Source: Hormiphora californensis (Eukaryota; Animalia; Ctenophora). From it: 64,000 nt of DNA. The position numbers and the translations under genes are program-made. The notes beneath the pieces are model-generated. The model did not search any database, was not told where the DNA came from, and saw only the letters and a list, made by a program, of their open reading frames with translations. This document shows, in pieces, positions 1 through 14,075 of the stretch. The stretch's first letter is position 1. Each line of letters begins with the position of its first letter. The stretch spans positions 2,852,001 to 2,916,000 of the forward strand of contig CM035360.1 of the NCBI GenBank assembly GCA_020137815.1, in the 5' to 3' direction.

Positions 1-386
1 GCTAGTATAGGTGCTGTGTGTAGGTGATGTTAGTGTAAGTGTCACAGATGTGTACTCCAGTAGGTCCTGTTAGTGAAGGTATACAAGTGTGCTTCAGACT
101 AGATGGTGCTAGTAGGTGTTGATAGCGTAGTAGGTGTCACAGGTTTGTGCTGGGTTTCAGATAGTACAGCTGGCGTTGTTATGAAAGCTGTAGTTATAGA
201 AGAATCAAGAGACAATGAAGAGTGGGAAATTAAAAAATGAATCAGAAAACAATAAATAATGAGCTGATAGAGAAATAACAAAGACATGACATTGTTCAAT
301 CATACATGTACAGTGAGGACGCAATCTTTCAAACATGTGTCATCATAATCAACTCTGTTATGTCTCATTACATAATTACCATTGTG

Positions 387-387
<1 letters not shown>

Positions 388-479
<92 letters not shown>
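388..479. repeat. (GA)n microsatellite
   Basis: Near-perfect GA dinucleotide run. Confidence 0.95.
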
Positions 480-483
<4 letters not shown>

Positions 484-627
484 GATGTCACAGCTCACGC
501 CCTGCAGCTAGACATTGTGGAACCATGTACCAATATACAGTAGCACGTCATATGATCGTAGTACTGTCAACATGTCATGTTGTACAAATCGATTCCGGCG
601 TGAGACGTGAAGTTCTTCTTTTTGCAG

Positions 628-2377
628 CTACCCTGCCTTTATAGTGCTCACTCACACCTGTCATAGTGCTCACTCACACCTGCCATAGTGCTCATTCACA
701 CCCAGTTATTATTTGTTGAGTAGTAAGAGGTGAGAGTTATAAAAGAGGTCATTATCGAATTCACCAAAAGGAATATGTACGTGTTTTACCGGAATCAGGA
801 ATGTCTAGTAAAAGGAATTTAAAATACTAATATGGGAATATGTCCCAATATGTCTAATAGGGAATTCACTAGACATCATGTCTAGCCCACCTTGCACCAT
901 CTAGTAGCTAGCTGGCAATTTGTCTACCAATTTGTCTCATGCATTATACAGAATATACATGGCATTATATGGAGTTTCTGATTCTCGGAAAATAACGGTG
1001 CTCCAACCATCTGCGGCTCCTCCTTTCAAAGCTGCTATGACGTGTTTTAAGTATTCATACTGTTCTCGGTTGAAGGGGGGGGGGGGTGACAATGCCATGC
1101 AGTGATGGACAGTAGTGAGCGAGTAGTAATACGATGGATGCAGTGAGTAACTCACTACTGCCCATCTCTTTTTTCTATCCCCAAATGTTTCATCTCTTTC
1201 CTAACAGTCAAAACCAATTATGTTTCTCACGTGTACTATGACGAAATTGTGACCATAAAATTTCTAACACGGTCGCTTGTAGTGGGAAAACGGTAATGGA
1301 AAACGGAGATACAGTATGAAGACGCGCAACCGTGGCCAATCAGGGCGCTAGTACGTGCTGAACATATATGCACTTTTTGCCGCGTGTTTTGCAAAGTGTG
1401 CGTCTCATTACTGTATTTCCATTACGGTAATACGACTACAAGAGGCGCTGTAACCACTCGACTCACAAGGACGATATTTCTATTTTCTACCTGTCTGGCC
1501 CATTGCAGGTGATCACGATGATCGGGTGGTACCTCTCCATTCCCTAAAGTTCATTGCTACTCTCCAAAGGAAGATGGCTGGACACACTGTAAGTAAAATA
1601 GGGAGGGAGGGTGGGAAGAGGGTGGGGAAGAGGGTGGGGGTGGAGGGAAGATGGCTGGACACACTGTAAGTAAAATAGGGAGGGAGGGTGGCTTGGGGGT
1701 GGGGGATGGGGGTGGAGGGAAGAGAGGTGATATTAGAGTGAGCATGTGGAGTAAGGGGAGAAGGGAACTGGGGGAGGGGGAAGGTTGCAAGGAATGGGGG
1801 AATGTTGAATGGTTCAAAAATATCGCGAATATAATATCCTTTTTGTGAAGCAATGCGAACTATTTGGATCTTTTAAATACTCATGAAAATGAAAGTGAGT
1901 GGGTGGCCAAACAACTTAATAAATAAATTGAAATTGTTCCAAATGAGGCCATATAAAGTGGTGTTCGTAAGACCACCCTGTAAGTCATTTAAATTTAATA
2001 TAAGTTCTGCTTATCTTAAATTTAAACGCTTCCCAAAATGGTCTTGCCAATCATATAACTGCACCCCTTTTGAAACTTTCGACAACTATTATTATGGTTT
2101 CGATCAAGTTTGCAATGTGGCCTGGTGAATGCAAAGCTTGTTCACGGGATCGCGCGCTACGGATTGCGTTTTGCGCCCAAGTGAATGCCGAAGGCGACAT
2201 TTTTTTGATAAAAAGGGTTAGAAAATAACACGTTCTGTCCAGGAGAATCCGTTGCTGATCCGTGTCGACACGAAATCTGGACACGGCGCTGGCAAGCCCA
2301 CCGCTAAGCGGCTTGAAGAGGTGTCTGATGTTATGGCATTCATTGCAAAACAGATGGACTGTAAATGGATGGAGTGA
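628..2377 (+). CDS. PREP: Prolyl oligopeptidase (prolyl endopeptidase), 3' exons only; the gene begins upstream of the window
   Basis: Exon 1509-1588 reads (G)[26 protein letters not shown] (catalytic Asp motif of family S9A). It splices in phase to exon 2243-2377, [44 protein letters not shown] (catalytic His in GHGAGKP). A putative micro-exon at 628 reads YPAFIVLT but has no clear donor. Confidence 0.95.
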
Positions 2378-2784
2378 ATAGGACAATTCAAATGCTGCTA
2401 TGGATTAACAATATAAAACTAGAGACACCTGACTTTCTGTTATTATGCTAGTTATGTTTCTGTGAATTGTGAGGGTCACCGCTTCTATAATAATAGACGT
2501 TTGGCAGGGAGGTATTGTATGTGTGTTATGTGTTTATGTTTTACTTTCTCCCCTGGTAAACCACGAAGTTATTCGAATTTTTCAACTTTATCATCATCAC
2601 ATCAAGATGTACAACCTTACAAAACTACTCCCTCATGTCAGAGCATTGGCCTGACCCTATAATTCTCATTTATTATCGAGAACCATGGTCGGAACATTGG
2701 TTCTGTTGGTGGATCGTTCGTCGATAAACCCTATAAAACTTAAGAACATTATACTCCACTTGCCAAAGTTCTTCACCGTCACGA

Positions 2785-3624
2785 TTCACTACAAGTTCCT
2801 TTACGATTTCCTACAGCCGTGACCCATCAAGTCCATTGCCCTGTCAAATGCACAATTCTCCAAGCGATGCAGCTCCGCTGTTTTTTAAATAGTAACTGTC
2901 AAAAGTCCTGATCGCTTGTTTCCTAGACACATAAAACCGATTAAATATCTTGACAGATCGCCCAGAAATTTCATTTAGCGGCGGTCGGTAGCATAAAGGT
3001 CACGGACTTCGTCGCAGAAGTAGTTATCCCTCCCGTTCGCATAGTCGTACCCAGGGCTTGCGGTCGGGCTGTCACCTTGGGAGGGGGAGGAGTTGGAGAA
3101 AGGATAGATGTATTTTAATTTCCTAAAGGGTACGATCGAAGGCGGGCTTGAAGGCTATGATATTGTCAGTCGAAATGTGTTTGGTACCTTTTTAAGAAAT
3201 GCCCCATCTGATGCTAGACTTGGCGTTGGGGATCCTTCTCTCAGTCTTGGCGGACAACTTGGTCGGGTCGGCGAGTCACACACTGTAGAAGACATACCAG
3301 AATTATTAAAATATATATTCATGAAGGAGTAGGGTTGGTTGGAGTGTTTTATGAAGGAGTAGCTTCGGGTTGGAGTGTTTTATGAAGGAGTAGGTTTGGT
3401 TTGAATTGTTTTATAAAGGAGTAGGTTTGGTATGAAGTGTTTTATAAAAGAGTATGTTTAAGGAATAATAATAAACACGGTCCATCCCAGCTGTTACTTA
3501 TAGTTGACTTACAGTGCGTTGAATGCCTCCTTCTACTTATCCTCCCTCCACTGCACCTCAAATTTTCCACTGTCTCCCAAAACTGGAATTCGATGCACGC
3601 ATGAAACCGGCTCTCAAACTCCCA
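2785..3624 (-). CDS. Unidentified spliced coding fragment
   Basis: AG/GT-bounded segments at ~3624-3512 (WEFESRFHACIEFQFWETVENLRCSGGRISRRRHSTH) and ~3283-3188 (CDSPTRPSCPPRLREGSPTPSLASDGAFLK) join in phase 1. Further candidate exons lie near 3075-2976 and 2878-2800. No family recognised. Confidence 0.35.
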
Positions 3625-5030
3625 CCTAACCAAAATAAACCAAGTTTTACTGATTTGACTTGTTGAGTTACTCAACAAGATTTGACTGATTATTTCGAAA
3701 TCGCAAAACCCTTTCGTCTTTCGAGCGCGGTGACGTAGGTTGTCTGAAATCGTTGTACAAGTATAATTACCTGTCGATGTCGGTAGTTGTCATATTGTCA
3801 AGTGACCAGCCCTTTTAAATTATTCGAGATGCCCCTTTCGAGTTATGTAAGTTTCTGTCTAACTATTAAAAGGAAGATGGTACTGTTAGTTTGTAGGGGT
3901 ATATAATTGGAAATAAAAGTACAATAGGCTTATCGAAAAGGCAAAACAAACCGATTTAAAGTTTTGTAACAAACTAATGCCATGTCTGATCAATGATTAT
4001 GATTATTATGCAACAATTGGAGACACATGTGTCCCCCAACATCATCAACACACGGCATATGATTATGATTATTATGCAACAATTGGAGACACATGTGTCC
4101 CATCATCATCAACACACGGCATGGGTGGCATGTGTTGCTAGACTAATATATATCGTATGCAAGGTGTGGGAGGTGCTCGTGACAATACTCCTTTGTACTG
4201 GGACATAATAATATGTTTCTAGAGAGAGCTATCAGATAGATAGGGGCATAACTGTTGCAGGGAGATCAGAGGTGCCATGATGCAGCGGACTTGGTAATTA
4301 CTGTAACTTTTGCATCACGATAGCTATTTACCGGTCCTTTATAAGATGTCTGATTTAGTATCTCGAGCTGTTTCATAGCTATTTAAGTACGTGCTCTGAG
4401 TCTGATCACGGCAGAAAATTACCAAAATGGACTGACCAGTATTATACAACTGCTGAAGTTGACAATGGTTAGGTAATGTAGCTTGCTATAGAGGTGGAAG
4501 CATCAAGAAAAAACAAAACACAGATTCTGTATACTGCCCGTTGTTCTGGAGTGGTGATGATGCTTGTTGATTTTAGAGAAAAACTTGAGAGAGAGGAGGA
4601 CTGTAAGCTGCTTGCGATATGTTGAGCAGGGTGATATGTGTGTGTCGAGAGAGGTTTTTATTGCTCTACAGGCTTCATGATAACTGCTGGGAATACGAGC
4701 ATTGCAGCTGTGTGTAGTTGATCTACCGGACCCTCACAGAGCGGTGTGGCTTCTATAAAATTAAAATGGACTGGCTTTCAAGTTTCAACTATGGACTGTT
4801 CAGTTTAGAAAAAGTGGATTGTCGGGTTGATTCTTTTGATACACGTATTCCCCGCGGCGTCAGTACTCAACACACGGCGGAGGCAGAGCGATGTTAAGAG
4901 CCCGTAATTTCCATTACATATTATAATGCTGCATGAAATAATTCCTGACGCATACACACACCGGTGGTCCTGATAGGGGGATAGCCTGCTAGGGCTCTAC
5001 GAAGCTCTCAAAAGTAACAAAAGTAAGTAA

Positions 5031-5033
<3 letters not shown>

Positions 5034-5105
<72 letters not shown>

Positions 5106-5130
5106 ACACACACACACAGTACACACACAC

Positions 5131-5191
<61 letters not shown>

Positions 5192-5196
5192 ACACA
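5034..5196. repeat. (CA)n microsatellite
   Basis: Long, slightly interrupted CA run. Confidence 0.95.
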
Positions 5197-6521
5197 CTGC
5201 TTTCACATTGTGTGAGTATCTTTAATCTGTGTTCCTCTATGCAGTATATATCTGTGTTTTCGCAAGCTGTATGACAGTATGACACACTATTTACATTTTC
5301 TGTATCAGACACCCTATTCATCCCCCCTACCATCCCTTATAAAGTCCTCCCCTTCTTCTCCTCCAGTCCTTCAATACCTTCCCGTTCCCGAGTGCATGAC
5401 CTTCAACATGATGAGCCCATTTAATATCATATGTAGATGCAATACTGCGAACTCTGTGCATAGCATGTGGCATACCTCGACTAGTATGAACCCACGCACG
5501 ATCGAATAGTGTTGTGTAGCGGCTACACTGTGGCCGTGCAGCTTGCATTATGTGTCATAATATTAACACATGTGTATCTCTCATGTACCACCTGGGTAGA
5601 TGCCAAAGAATCATGGAAGACAAAGATGAGGGAGATAGAGAGATGAAGACAGAGAAAAAGATTAAGACAGGTGAGGGAGGTAGAGAGATGAAGACAGAGA
5701 GAAAAAGGATAATAGTTAGACCGTGTATGTATAATGGATGTCTGACGAACAGTTTAAATACTTAAGGTATATATCATGGACAATGGAGACCGTTCTTTGT
5801 AACACGTAGACTTTTATTATATAGAGAGTGTCCTACATCGATCAAGTCTCTTAATTGAAAATGGTGAAGACATGAAAAAAAGGAAACGGGATATAATATA
5901 TTTTAGACAGTCATCACATGTATAGAGATCACGGGCGTTCTTCGTAATACAGAGTGTACGGGATCAAGTCTCTTTTCCCAACTAGAAAAATGGATGTGTT
6001 GGTCACAGATAAACCCTTTTTTACGTCGTGATGTTCTTCGAAGGAAGAAGAAGAGTAGCCACTAGCCTCAGGCTTCGCACTGACAGCTGTGGATTGGATT
6101 TGTGTCAGAGGTTTAGGACTCTCTCCCAAAGTTCTAAAGATTTGAGAATTAATGAACCGAAAGAATGAGAAAAAGAGTGGGCTGCACACTGTGCAGGGGG
6201 TGGCTGTCAGAGAGAGAGGGAGGGAGAGAGAGAGAGAGCTTTATAATTATCGGGTAGCTGAGAATAGATTGAGAATTAATATGATACCATTGACCGTCTA
6301 GCTGCACTGTATAATGGGATTGGATGTAGTTTTGATCAATATATAGCCTGTGATTGATTTCCAATGTAACAGTTTTACCGAGAAACGGTTGTACCGAGAA
6401 ATAAATTTCTTTTTGGATTAAAATTGGAAACAAACGACTCTCGATATAATTTCATTTAAAACCGCAAAATAAAATCAAAATCATAAAATGAAAATTTAAA
6501 ATCAACTAAGAAATATATATA

Positions 6522-9500
6522 TTAAAATACATTGTCCACTTCAATCTCATCAAACACACGGTATCTATCCCTCTTGAAGGGTCGTCTGAAGATTGTTATT
6601 GGCTGAAGGGCGAACCATGCGCCTAACTCTAACGCTGACCGATCAGCCTGGTCTAAAGGAATTATCAGTTTACCTCTCCTCCACCGGCTGAATTTACAGG
6701 TGACTTTCAGGATTGTGTTCAGCTGCTTCTGGTTAAATCGGACACATTTGTTTATCTGGGTTTCATCACCCTCCAGCTGTATCCTGTAAATTGTGATCAT
6801 CGTTAATAATCAGTCAGGATCGAATAAGTGCCTTTTGTGAAACCTTGACTAGCATGCTGTAACGGCAGACCTTGTTTTGGTCAAACCCTTTTGTGGCGCG
6901 GGGAAACAGGGTCGAGCAAGGCACAACAGACCCTGCTTAACAGATTCAATGAGTGAGGGGGTTTCAGTCAGACACTAAGATTTATGTATAGAAATTGAGG
7001 GTTGGAAGAAGTGTCGTTACCTGTGCTTTGTGCTGCATATGATATCCCGTGTGCATGTTTTTAGAGAGACCTTCATGGAGATTCCAGCTCTTGATTGCTG
7101 CTCACTCCGTGGCAGCTTGATCGCGTTCAACCTCGCCTGGAAATGAGGGGCATTGTCAAAAAGGGTCTCTCCCAATCACTGGGTATAATCCTGCGGTGCT
7201 TATCCTTTAAATTGTTCATGCCGTGCGGAGCGTGGAAACAGTGTCACTAGTCGGCTCAACTTATTCTAAGCACCCATTGAAAGTGATGGATTGGGGCTGA
7301 TTGGGGGGGAGACTGAGTAATTGTAGGTGCTATCTGGTGTGAATCATACACACGGCATGGATCTAGAGTGCAGAACACCAAATTAAAACTCGGCTAAACC
7401 ATCTTTCTACCGATGATGTAATGACCAGGTATACCTTTCCCCTCGACCCTTTCCCGGAAAAACTCTATAAATCTAATGATTCTAGATTACATACCTCAAT
7501 TTGTCCTCCGTAGTTCCACTTCACCGCCAGGCACACCCAGCCCATCTCGGAGGATTGTTTGGTGTTGTGTGTTCGCTGTATCCTAAACATTGGGGAGTTC
7601 AGCACGGCCAACCTTCGGTCCTCTCCGTCAGGGGGTAATCTCTGGAGGGGGAGGGTTGAAAGTTTTAAATAGGATGTAGTGTACACAATACACTGTGTGT
7701 TACACATGTTGATCTAATCTCTGGAGGGGGGTTGAAAGTTTTAAATAGGGTATACACAATACACATGTGGCATGCGCTGCAGTCCCCCAGTGCACGCGTT
7801 TTTGACAGCTAGGGGACTGCAGCGTAGGCCAAAATACACATGTTGAAGTTTCCAATCATGGCTTATAGGTTGAGGTACTTTATAATGTTAAACCTTTTTA
7901 TAAAGCAAGACGAATTATCCAATTCCATTTGTGGACTGTCTACTATATGCTGTGTGTGTATTTTAAATGGGGTATGTCCTAAAAAGGAGCACTTTAATAA
8001 TGTATCAGACAAGGGGCTTTAATCCCTCGGTTTTAGTATCTTTATCTTTCAGACAAGGGCTTTAATCCCTTGTCTGATTTATAGTACAGAGGTAGAGCCG
8101 GCCCAAATAAATACCTTTCTGAAGTTGATAGAGCTGTCCGATACGGTGGGGACTTTTAGGGGCGTCTGCAAAACGGATTCCCGTGAAAACTTTGGATAAG
8201 ACCGGATATCAACCATACTTTTCGACTTCCCTCCTGGGCGTATGTTGCCGTTTCCCATTTTAACGTTTTGCGCTGATGCTGGAGATCTGAAAATGGGAAC
8301 TGTTTGTTAATCCCCGAATTAAGAGCTTGTATTAGTTACTTGCTATTATGAACTGCATGCACTGATGTAGCCTACGCCTGACCATGTTCATTGTAAGATC
8401 CAGCCTTGGATAAATAGTGGTAGCTATAATAGATGGTATGGGACAACTTGTTTGGTAACGAAATTACCCCTCAGCTGCTGCATCACAGAAGTAGGGCACG
8501 CTGTGCCTGCAAGGTAGCGGGGTAACTTCGCTACCAAGTTGTCTTACTCAACAACTACCATGGGACATGCGTTCTATGGTAATGGGGCACAACATGTGAT
8601 ATTACCTTTGAGAGCTAGCCCGGGCTCTCTTTTCCTGCATGATGTGTTGTTCAATAAACGATATCTGCCGGTTGTAACCTGATTTACCCATCTGCAGGTA
8701 CAAATTGGGGGATTAATAAATATGCAACATTTTTTTTTCTCGTATGGTTTAAGAAATAACAAGAAAGGAATCGTTTTTCCTATAATACCTTGGTCCATGC
8801 CCTTTCTGGTTCTGCGATTTCCAGTAACACAGCCTCAATAAAGCTACTTCGTCTCCTCTTATCTAATAAGAATGTTTGTTAGGAAGATACAGTATGCTCA
8901 TCCTAACTATCCAACATTTCTGATCGATGGCCAACTCTTTCGCAATGGAGCTTCAAGCTATTTCTTGCTGTTATTATCCATACTTACATGGCACGAGTTT
9001 AGGACTGGTAGCCCCTGCTGAAAAGGTGCTTGATCTCCTTCGTTTAGGGGTGGATTTGCTGCAGTCCGTGGGGCTATAATTTGGGTCGTCCCGGTCCTTC
9101 CGAGGGCTTTGTATCTGTTCAGCGGTCCGTGGTGTTGGTTTTTGTACCTTCTGAAAAGTGATCAATGGTTATCTTATCATCGCTTTATAATTGGTCACGA
9201 TCTGTCGGAGTGTCTGGTGCAGGAACCGACCGACACAATTGTAAACAACCAATCAGAACTCGTTATTTAGGTCACGCGACTGTTTATCAGCCAATCAGGG
9301 ACCAGTATTTCATGATTCGGTCGGTTCCTGGTCTGGTGCCACCAGAACCGTCTTGATCGGCGCCACTACAGTCTCGACCCATAACATGTAGCTTCATGGA
9401 TGAGACATTGAGAAGGAAGGTCATGACTGTTCATTTTTTGAATGGCTATGCAATATTGTAGTAACTGCAAGTCACTATTTGACGGGGTGTGTCGAGTGAG

Positions 9501-12500
9501 ATAAAATAAACATTAAACTGCGTGCTGCAGTGAACTCTTCGTGTGTGTCTGGTCTCGTAACTATTCGCTCGATTTGGGGTGATTTTATCTCTCTCTCTGA
9601 ATGATAGGTCCTATATATATATATAAAAGACCGTGCGTAGTAGACGCACACGAAGTTATTTCTAATAGCTTCACTACCTCACTAGGTAAAATAGTTGTGC
9701 AGCCACCATGAAACTTATCTTGCCAGGAAGTTGTATAAACAGCCACGCCAATTATTTCAAGTAACTTGGTTACTCAATATTAGCCGACAAGCGCAAACGC
9801 TAAGTAGGAGTCACTCAATTCAAATAGTCAAATTATGAATATGCGAGTGGAATTATTCTGCAAAGTACTAAACTAAAGTATTATAATACTTGCAGCTGGT
9901 TAAGAATACCTCATGACGTGTACATGGTACAGCAGACTATGCATGAGAGTAGTACCGGTGATTATTCGACCGCCCCGTGTTCAACAATTATAGATCTGTC
10001 TGGCGGTGCGAAACCCCGATTTGATTCTCAAAACAGTGCGCTCAGACAGGGTCTGAACAGAGCTAGAGCAGTACAGGCAGTACGAACAGTTTCTTTACCT
10101 GGTTATCTTGAAGAGCGGTGCAGGTCGTCGCAGGGTTATAGACTGCGCTCTCTTTCCCATTATCAACGGAAGACATTGAGAAAGATAGTTGGCGGTAAAT
10201 CTTTTTGCGATCTGAAAATATTAAATATATTCAAAGAAAGAAAGAAAGAAATATATTCAAAGTGTACAACGAGTAACGACGCATGGTTTCCTGCAATAAA
10301 CATAATAGGGTAGAATGGGGTAAAATGGTTCACTTTCTAACGTTTTAGGTTCTAAAATACTCAATTTATACAGCAAGAAGAAAAAAATTATATAGGCTAT
10401 CCAATGAAACGTTTTCCTTTCAGACGAGCTAAATTTTAAAATCTGAAAGTTTTATTTAATAGCTTAATTAATCAATTCAAAAAGTTTGGTAGGGCTTTTT
10501 TTGGAAATTTTGCACTGGGGTAAAGTGGTCCAGCCAATAGCATTGCTCGATTTTATCACGTACCTGGTGTTGTTAGAGCACTGGGGTAAAATGGTCCATG
10601 TTATCTTCAGTAATTTCTGTTCTGCTGGACCATTTTACCCCAGTGTGCTGGACCATTTTACCCCAGTATGGTATCACGTGGTATTGGAGGCTCGATTTCA
10701 TTGGCCCCAGGGTGAACCATTTTACCCCAGAGAGGGTGAACCATTTTACCCCAGTTTGACTAATTTGACAATTTAATCAACTTAATAGTGGGTTTTTTGA
10801 AAAATTTTTATACCAAGTTTTAGAAGGATAAAAACCCTAACTGGCAGTTTTTGCAAAATTAAAATCGGCCCACTCAAACAGAAATTACAGCAGTTTTAAA
10901 GCAAAAATTCGGAACAGAACGAGCAGGTCTCCGCTGGAGAAAAAGTCACGTGACTACATGTAATAACTAGGACCATTTTACCCCATACATGTGCCATTTT
11001 ACCCCGTGGACCATTTTACCCCATTCTACCATAGAGGATAATCACTAATATATTGTATTGGAGTTGCCTTGTTCGACCCTCCTCCCCCGCGTTTGAACAA
11101 AACAATATTGTAGGTGATATGCCGATCAACTTGAAGCAAAACTTACCATTTTTCTGGCCGCCCTTCTTCCTTGGAAGATGGAGACTCCTCCACCTGCGGT
11201 TTGACCGTTGAGGTACCCCCAAAGAACTTTGTTGGTTAGACTTGATCGGTGCACTCTCCTGTTTAATTACTGCCTGATTACAGTTCGAAGTCCTTTGAGT
11301 TTTGTTGGACTTTTTCTCTGATTTCTTGGACGTTCCACTGTCGTTTGATCCCCCGAAGAATGACATGACTTTCTGGGCTCTCTTACAGGATCTCTTAGTC
11401 GTGTCTTTACCTACAATTATATGTAATTAAGTATGGATGATACAAATTATTGAAATTGAATGATGAAATGTAAAAAATATGACCACAAATTTCTACCAGG
11501 ATTGGAGTTATTGGAAGTTAATCTCTTACCGATGTGATTGTAGATGTTTTTCTTGGCAACAGTCTCTAAATCTATCCACCTTACGATATCCTTCGTTGTG
11601 CTTTGGTATAAGAACTTTTTCTGCAAAAACAGTTATTCAATATTCATTTTAGAGATCGATTTAAGTTACTTAAGTGTCAAGAGTCATATCAGGCGTGTGT
11701 TTCCTAAATCAATTCAGAAATTGAGTAATACTGTTACTAACAATAACAATGTTGAAGTGTAGCTTACCTGGCCAAGGGTCATCCCTTGTGATTTTGATTT
11801 CATAACAAAATCAATTTCGATCGAGTTGTGATTCTGAAATTATTTTTGATTTAGTGGTTGCAATTGATACTTTCATCAATGTTGGCATACGCTGCAGGCC
11901 ACTCGTTAGAGGGATGTACCAGCATTGTGTCTACCACTCGGGCCCCTTTTTTGCTTCGGGATTCCCACGTTATAAGCACATGAGAAGTTCTGTCAGTGTC
12001 ACTACCTTACTGTACCTGTGGCGTCAGTTCAATAACAATTGAAGTCCCCCATGATGCAGTCATCCTACTGGAGATCTTACTGCAGTTTGTCGTGGTAAAC
12101 CCCGCCCTGAAAGATATGATTGTTTTACGAAACGTTCTAGACTATACTTCGAAACGCCCTAGACTATACTTCGAAACGCCCTAGACTATTCTTGGAAACG
12201 CCCTAGAATATTCTTAGAAATTGTGCTCTTTAACTTTCTTTTTTATTTATCTTATAGTTAAAGAACAATACACTCTTTACAATACACAATACACCTCTTT
12301 AGATTCTGACTCTGAGTTACTTCAACCTTTAGCTTCTGATTTCTGGGTAACTTCAATTTTTTAATAGCTTCTCAGAGAAACCTGTCTGCAGTGGCACTGT
12401 CACAAATCAAACGGTGCCAGACATAGAGAAAGAAAGGGTATAGCTGGGGTGACTGCTGCAGCTCAAATATATATTATAACTATAATCGTAGTGGGAGCTC

Positions 12501-14040
12501 AACCCCACTCCACAGCCCTCTGACAGTGCTACCAAAATTGGTGTGATTTTGGTGATAGCTGTCTCATAGAGTGAGTTGACAGATCATTTACACTGCAAAG
12601 ACATCAAAGATTGTTTCAAAATATTCATCTTGCTCTTACTCGATCACATAAAATATATGTGAATAAATTATAATATCTCTCTTATATACGATAAGAGCGA
12701 GAGAAATATTTTAACTCACTCCTAGATGTCTAATATTTTCCTGACATTCTATCATCCTATATCTTATAGATAAGCTCATAATTAAATGGTGATCGAATGT
12801 CAGGAAAATATTAGACAGTTTTACTGATTGCATTTCGATAGTCAAACTTTTTCCCTCTTACCCCTCTCACACCACAATTTCAATTTCCTAGCTAAAATTC
12901 TCACTCTCAGTCTCACCCTAGCTAGCTCTCACCCGTATAGCTCTCCCCTAGCTAGGTAATTCAAATATATACCTGGTTTTAATGGAAATAAAGCAGGCGG
13001 TGTGACTCTCGTCTGGAACCCATATATTCTCTGCTTCAATGATATTGATTATCAAATCAAACCGCTTGAGGACGAACTGAACCTAGGGGATTTAATTTGA
13101 TGAGCGAAAGGGCGATGAACATAGGGGACTGAAAAACAAAAAGAAAGACCAACCAAATAAGCTAGAAAGAGATAATGAGAACGAGAACGAGAAACAACTA
13201 ATAACCCCACAGACATTCCACAGATATCCCAGTACCTTATCCCAGTATCAACTATGCTAACCTTTATTCTGGGTGGAAGTTGGTCTCTCCAGGAACTGCT
13301 TCCCCTTTCCGGGTGGCGGACGTCCTTTACTAGCCTGTGATCTTGTCGGAACTTGTAACTGCAAAAGGTATAGTATTATCTAACTGTATACAGACCCTAT
13401 CCAGGACCGTTTCATTGGCCAACATTTTATTCTGGAATAATTCGGTTTTAAAGCGTGACTTGTAGAGCATACGAATTCCCGAAACATATGCTAATCGATT
13501 TCCTCAAATTCCTATGCTCATCGATTTCCTTTTATTTTTTGCAGGACTGCTAGTTACCGTATTAGGAGATCCAGCGCTACAATCCACGGACCTTCTCCAT
13601 CCTCCAGAGTTGGTGACCAGTTGAGCACTCTTCCAGCACGCCAAACAGATCCTCCTACTCGGGCTGTAGGAAGGGTGGTCGGAGATACTGGAAAGAGAGG
13701 AGGCTGACTGGCTTCTACTGGATCTATCCTTACAGCACATCTCACAGAAACCTTCTCGACAGATATCACAGCTGAAGGGTTAGTTGAACGTTAATGAAAG
13801 CTTTCAAAATTCGATATTTTCTTTGATAAAACCTTAACAAATGAGAGAGATCTCTCTACATTATCTCTCTCTGATACATAAATGCATAAATGTATTGGAG
13901 ATACACTGAGCGACAATCGTAGAATGCTAATAACCAAATCAAAAAGTTTCGGCGCCATAGAACAATTTTGGTGATTGTTTGTTTGTTTAGGAACTTGGGA
14001 GACTAACCCCCCCCCCCCCCCCCGGCCCCCGGATACTGAG

Positions 14041-14075
<35 letters not shown>

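Noticed and set aside
99-299. Thr/Pro-rich minus-strand ORF
   Set aside because: Low-complexity sequence that probably lies within a PREP intron; no supporting exons
5929-6189. Possible extra 3' exon of the RIM-like gene
   Set aside because: The C2B exon already reaches a stop at 6522, and no convincing in-phase junction was found
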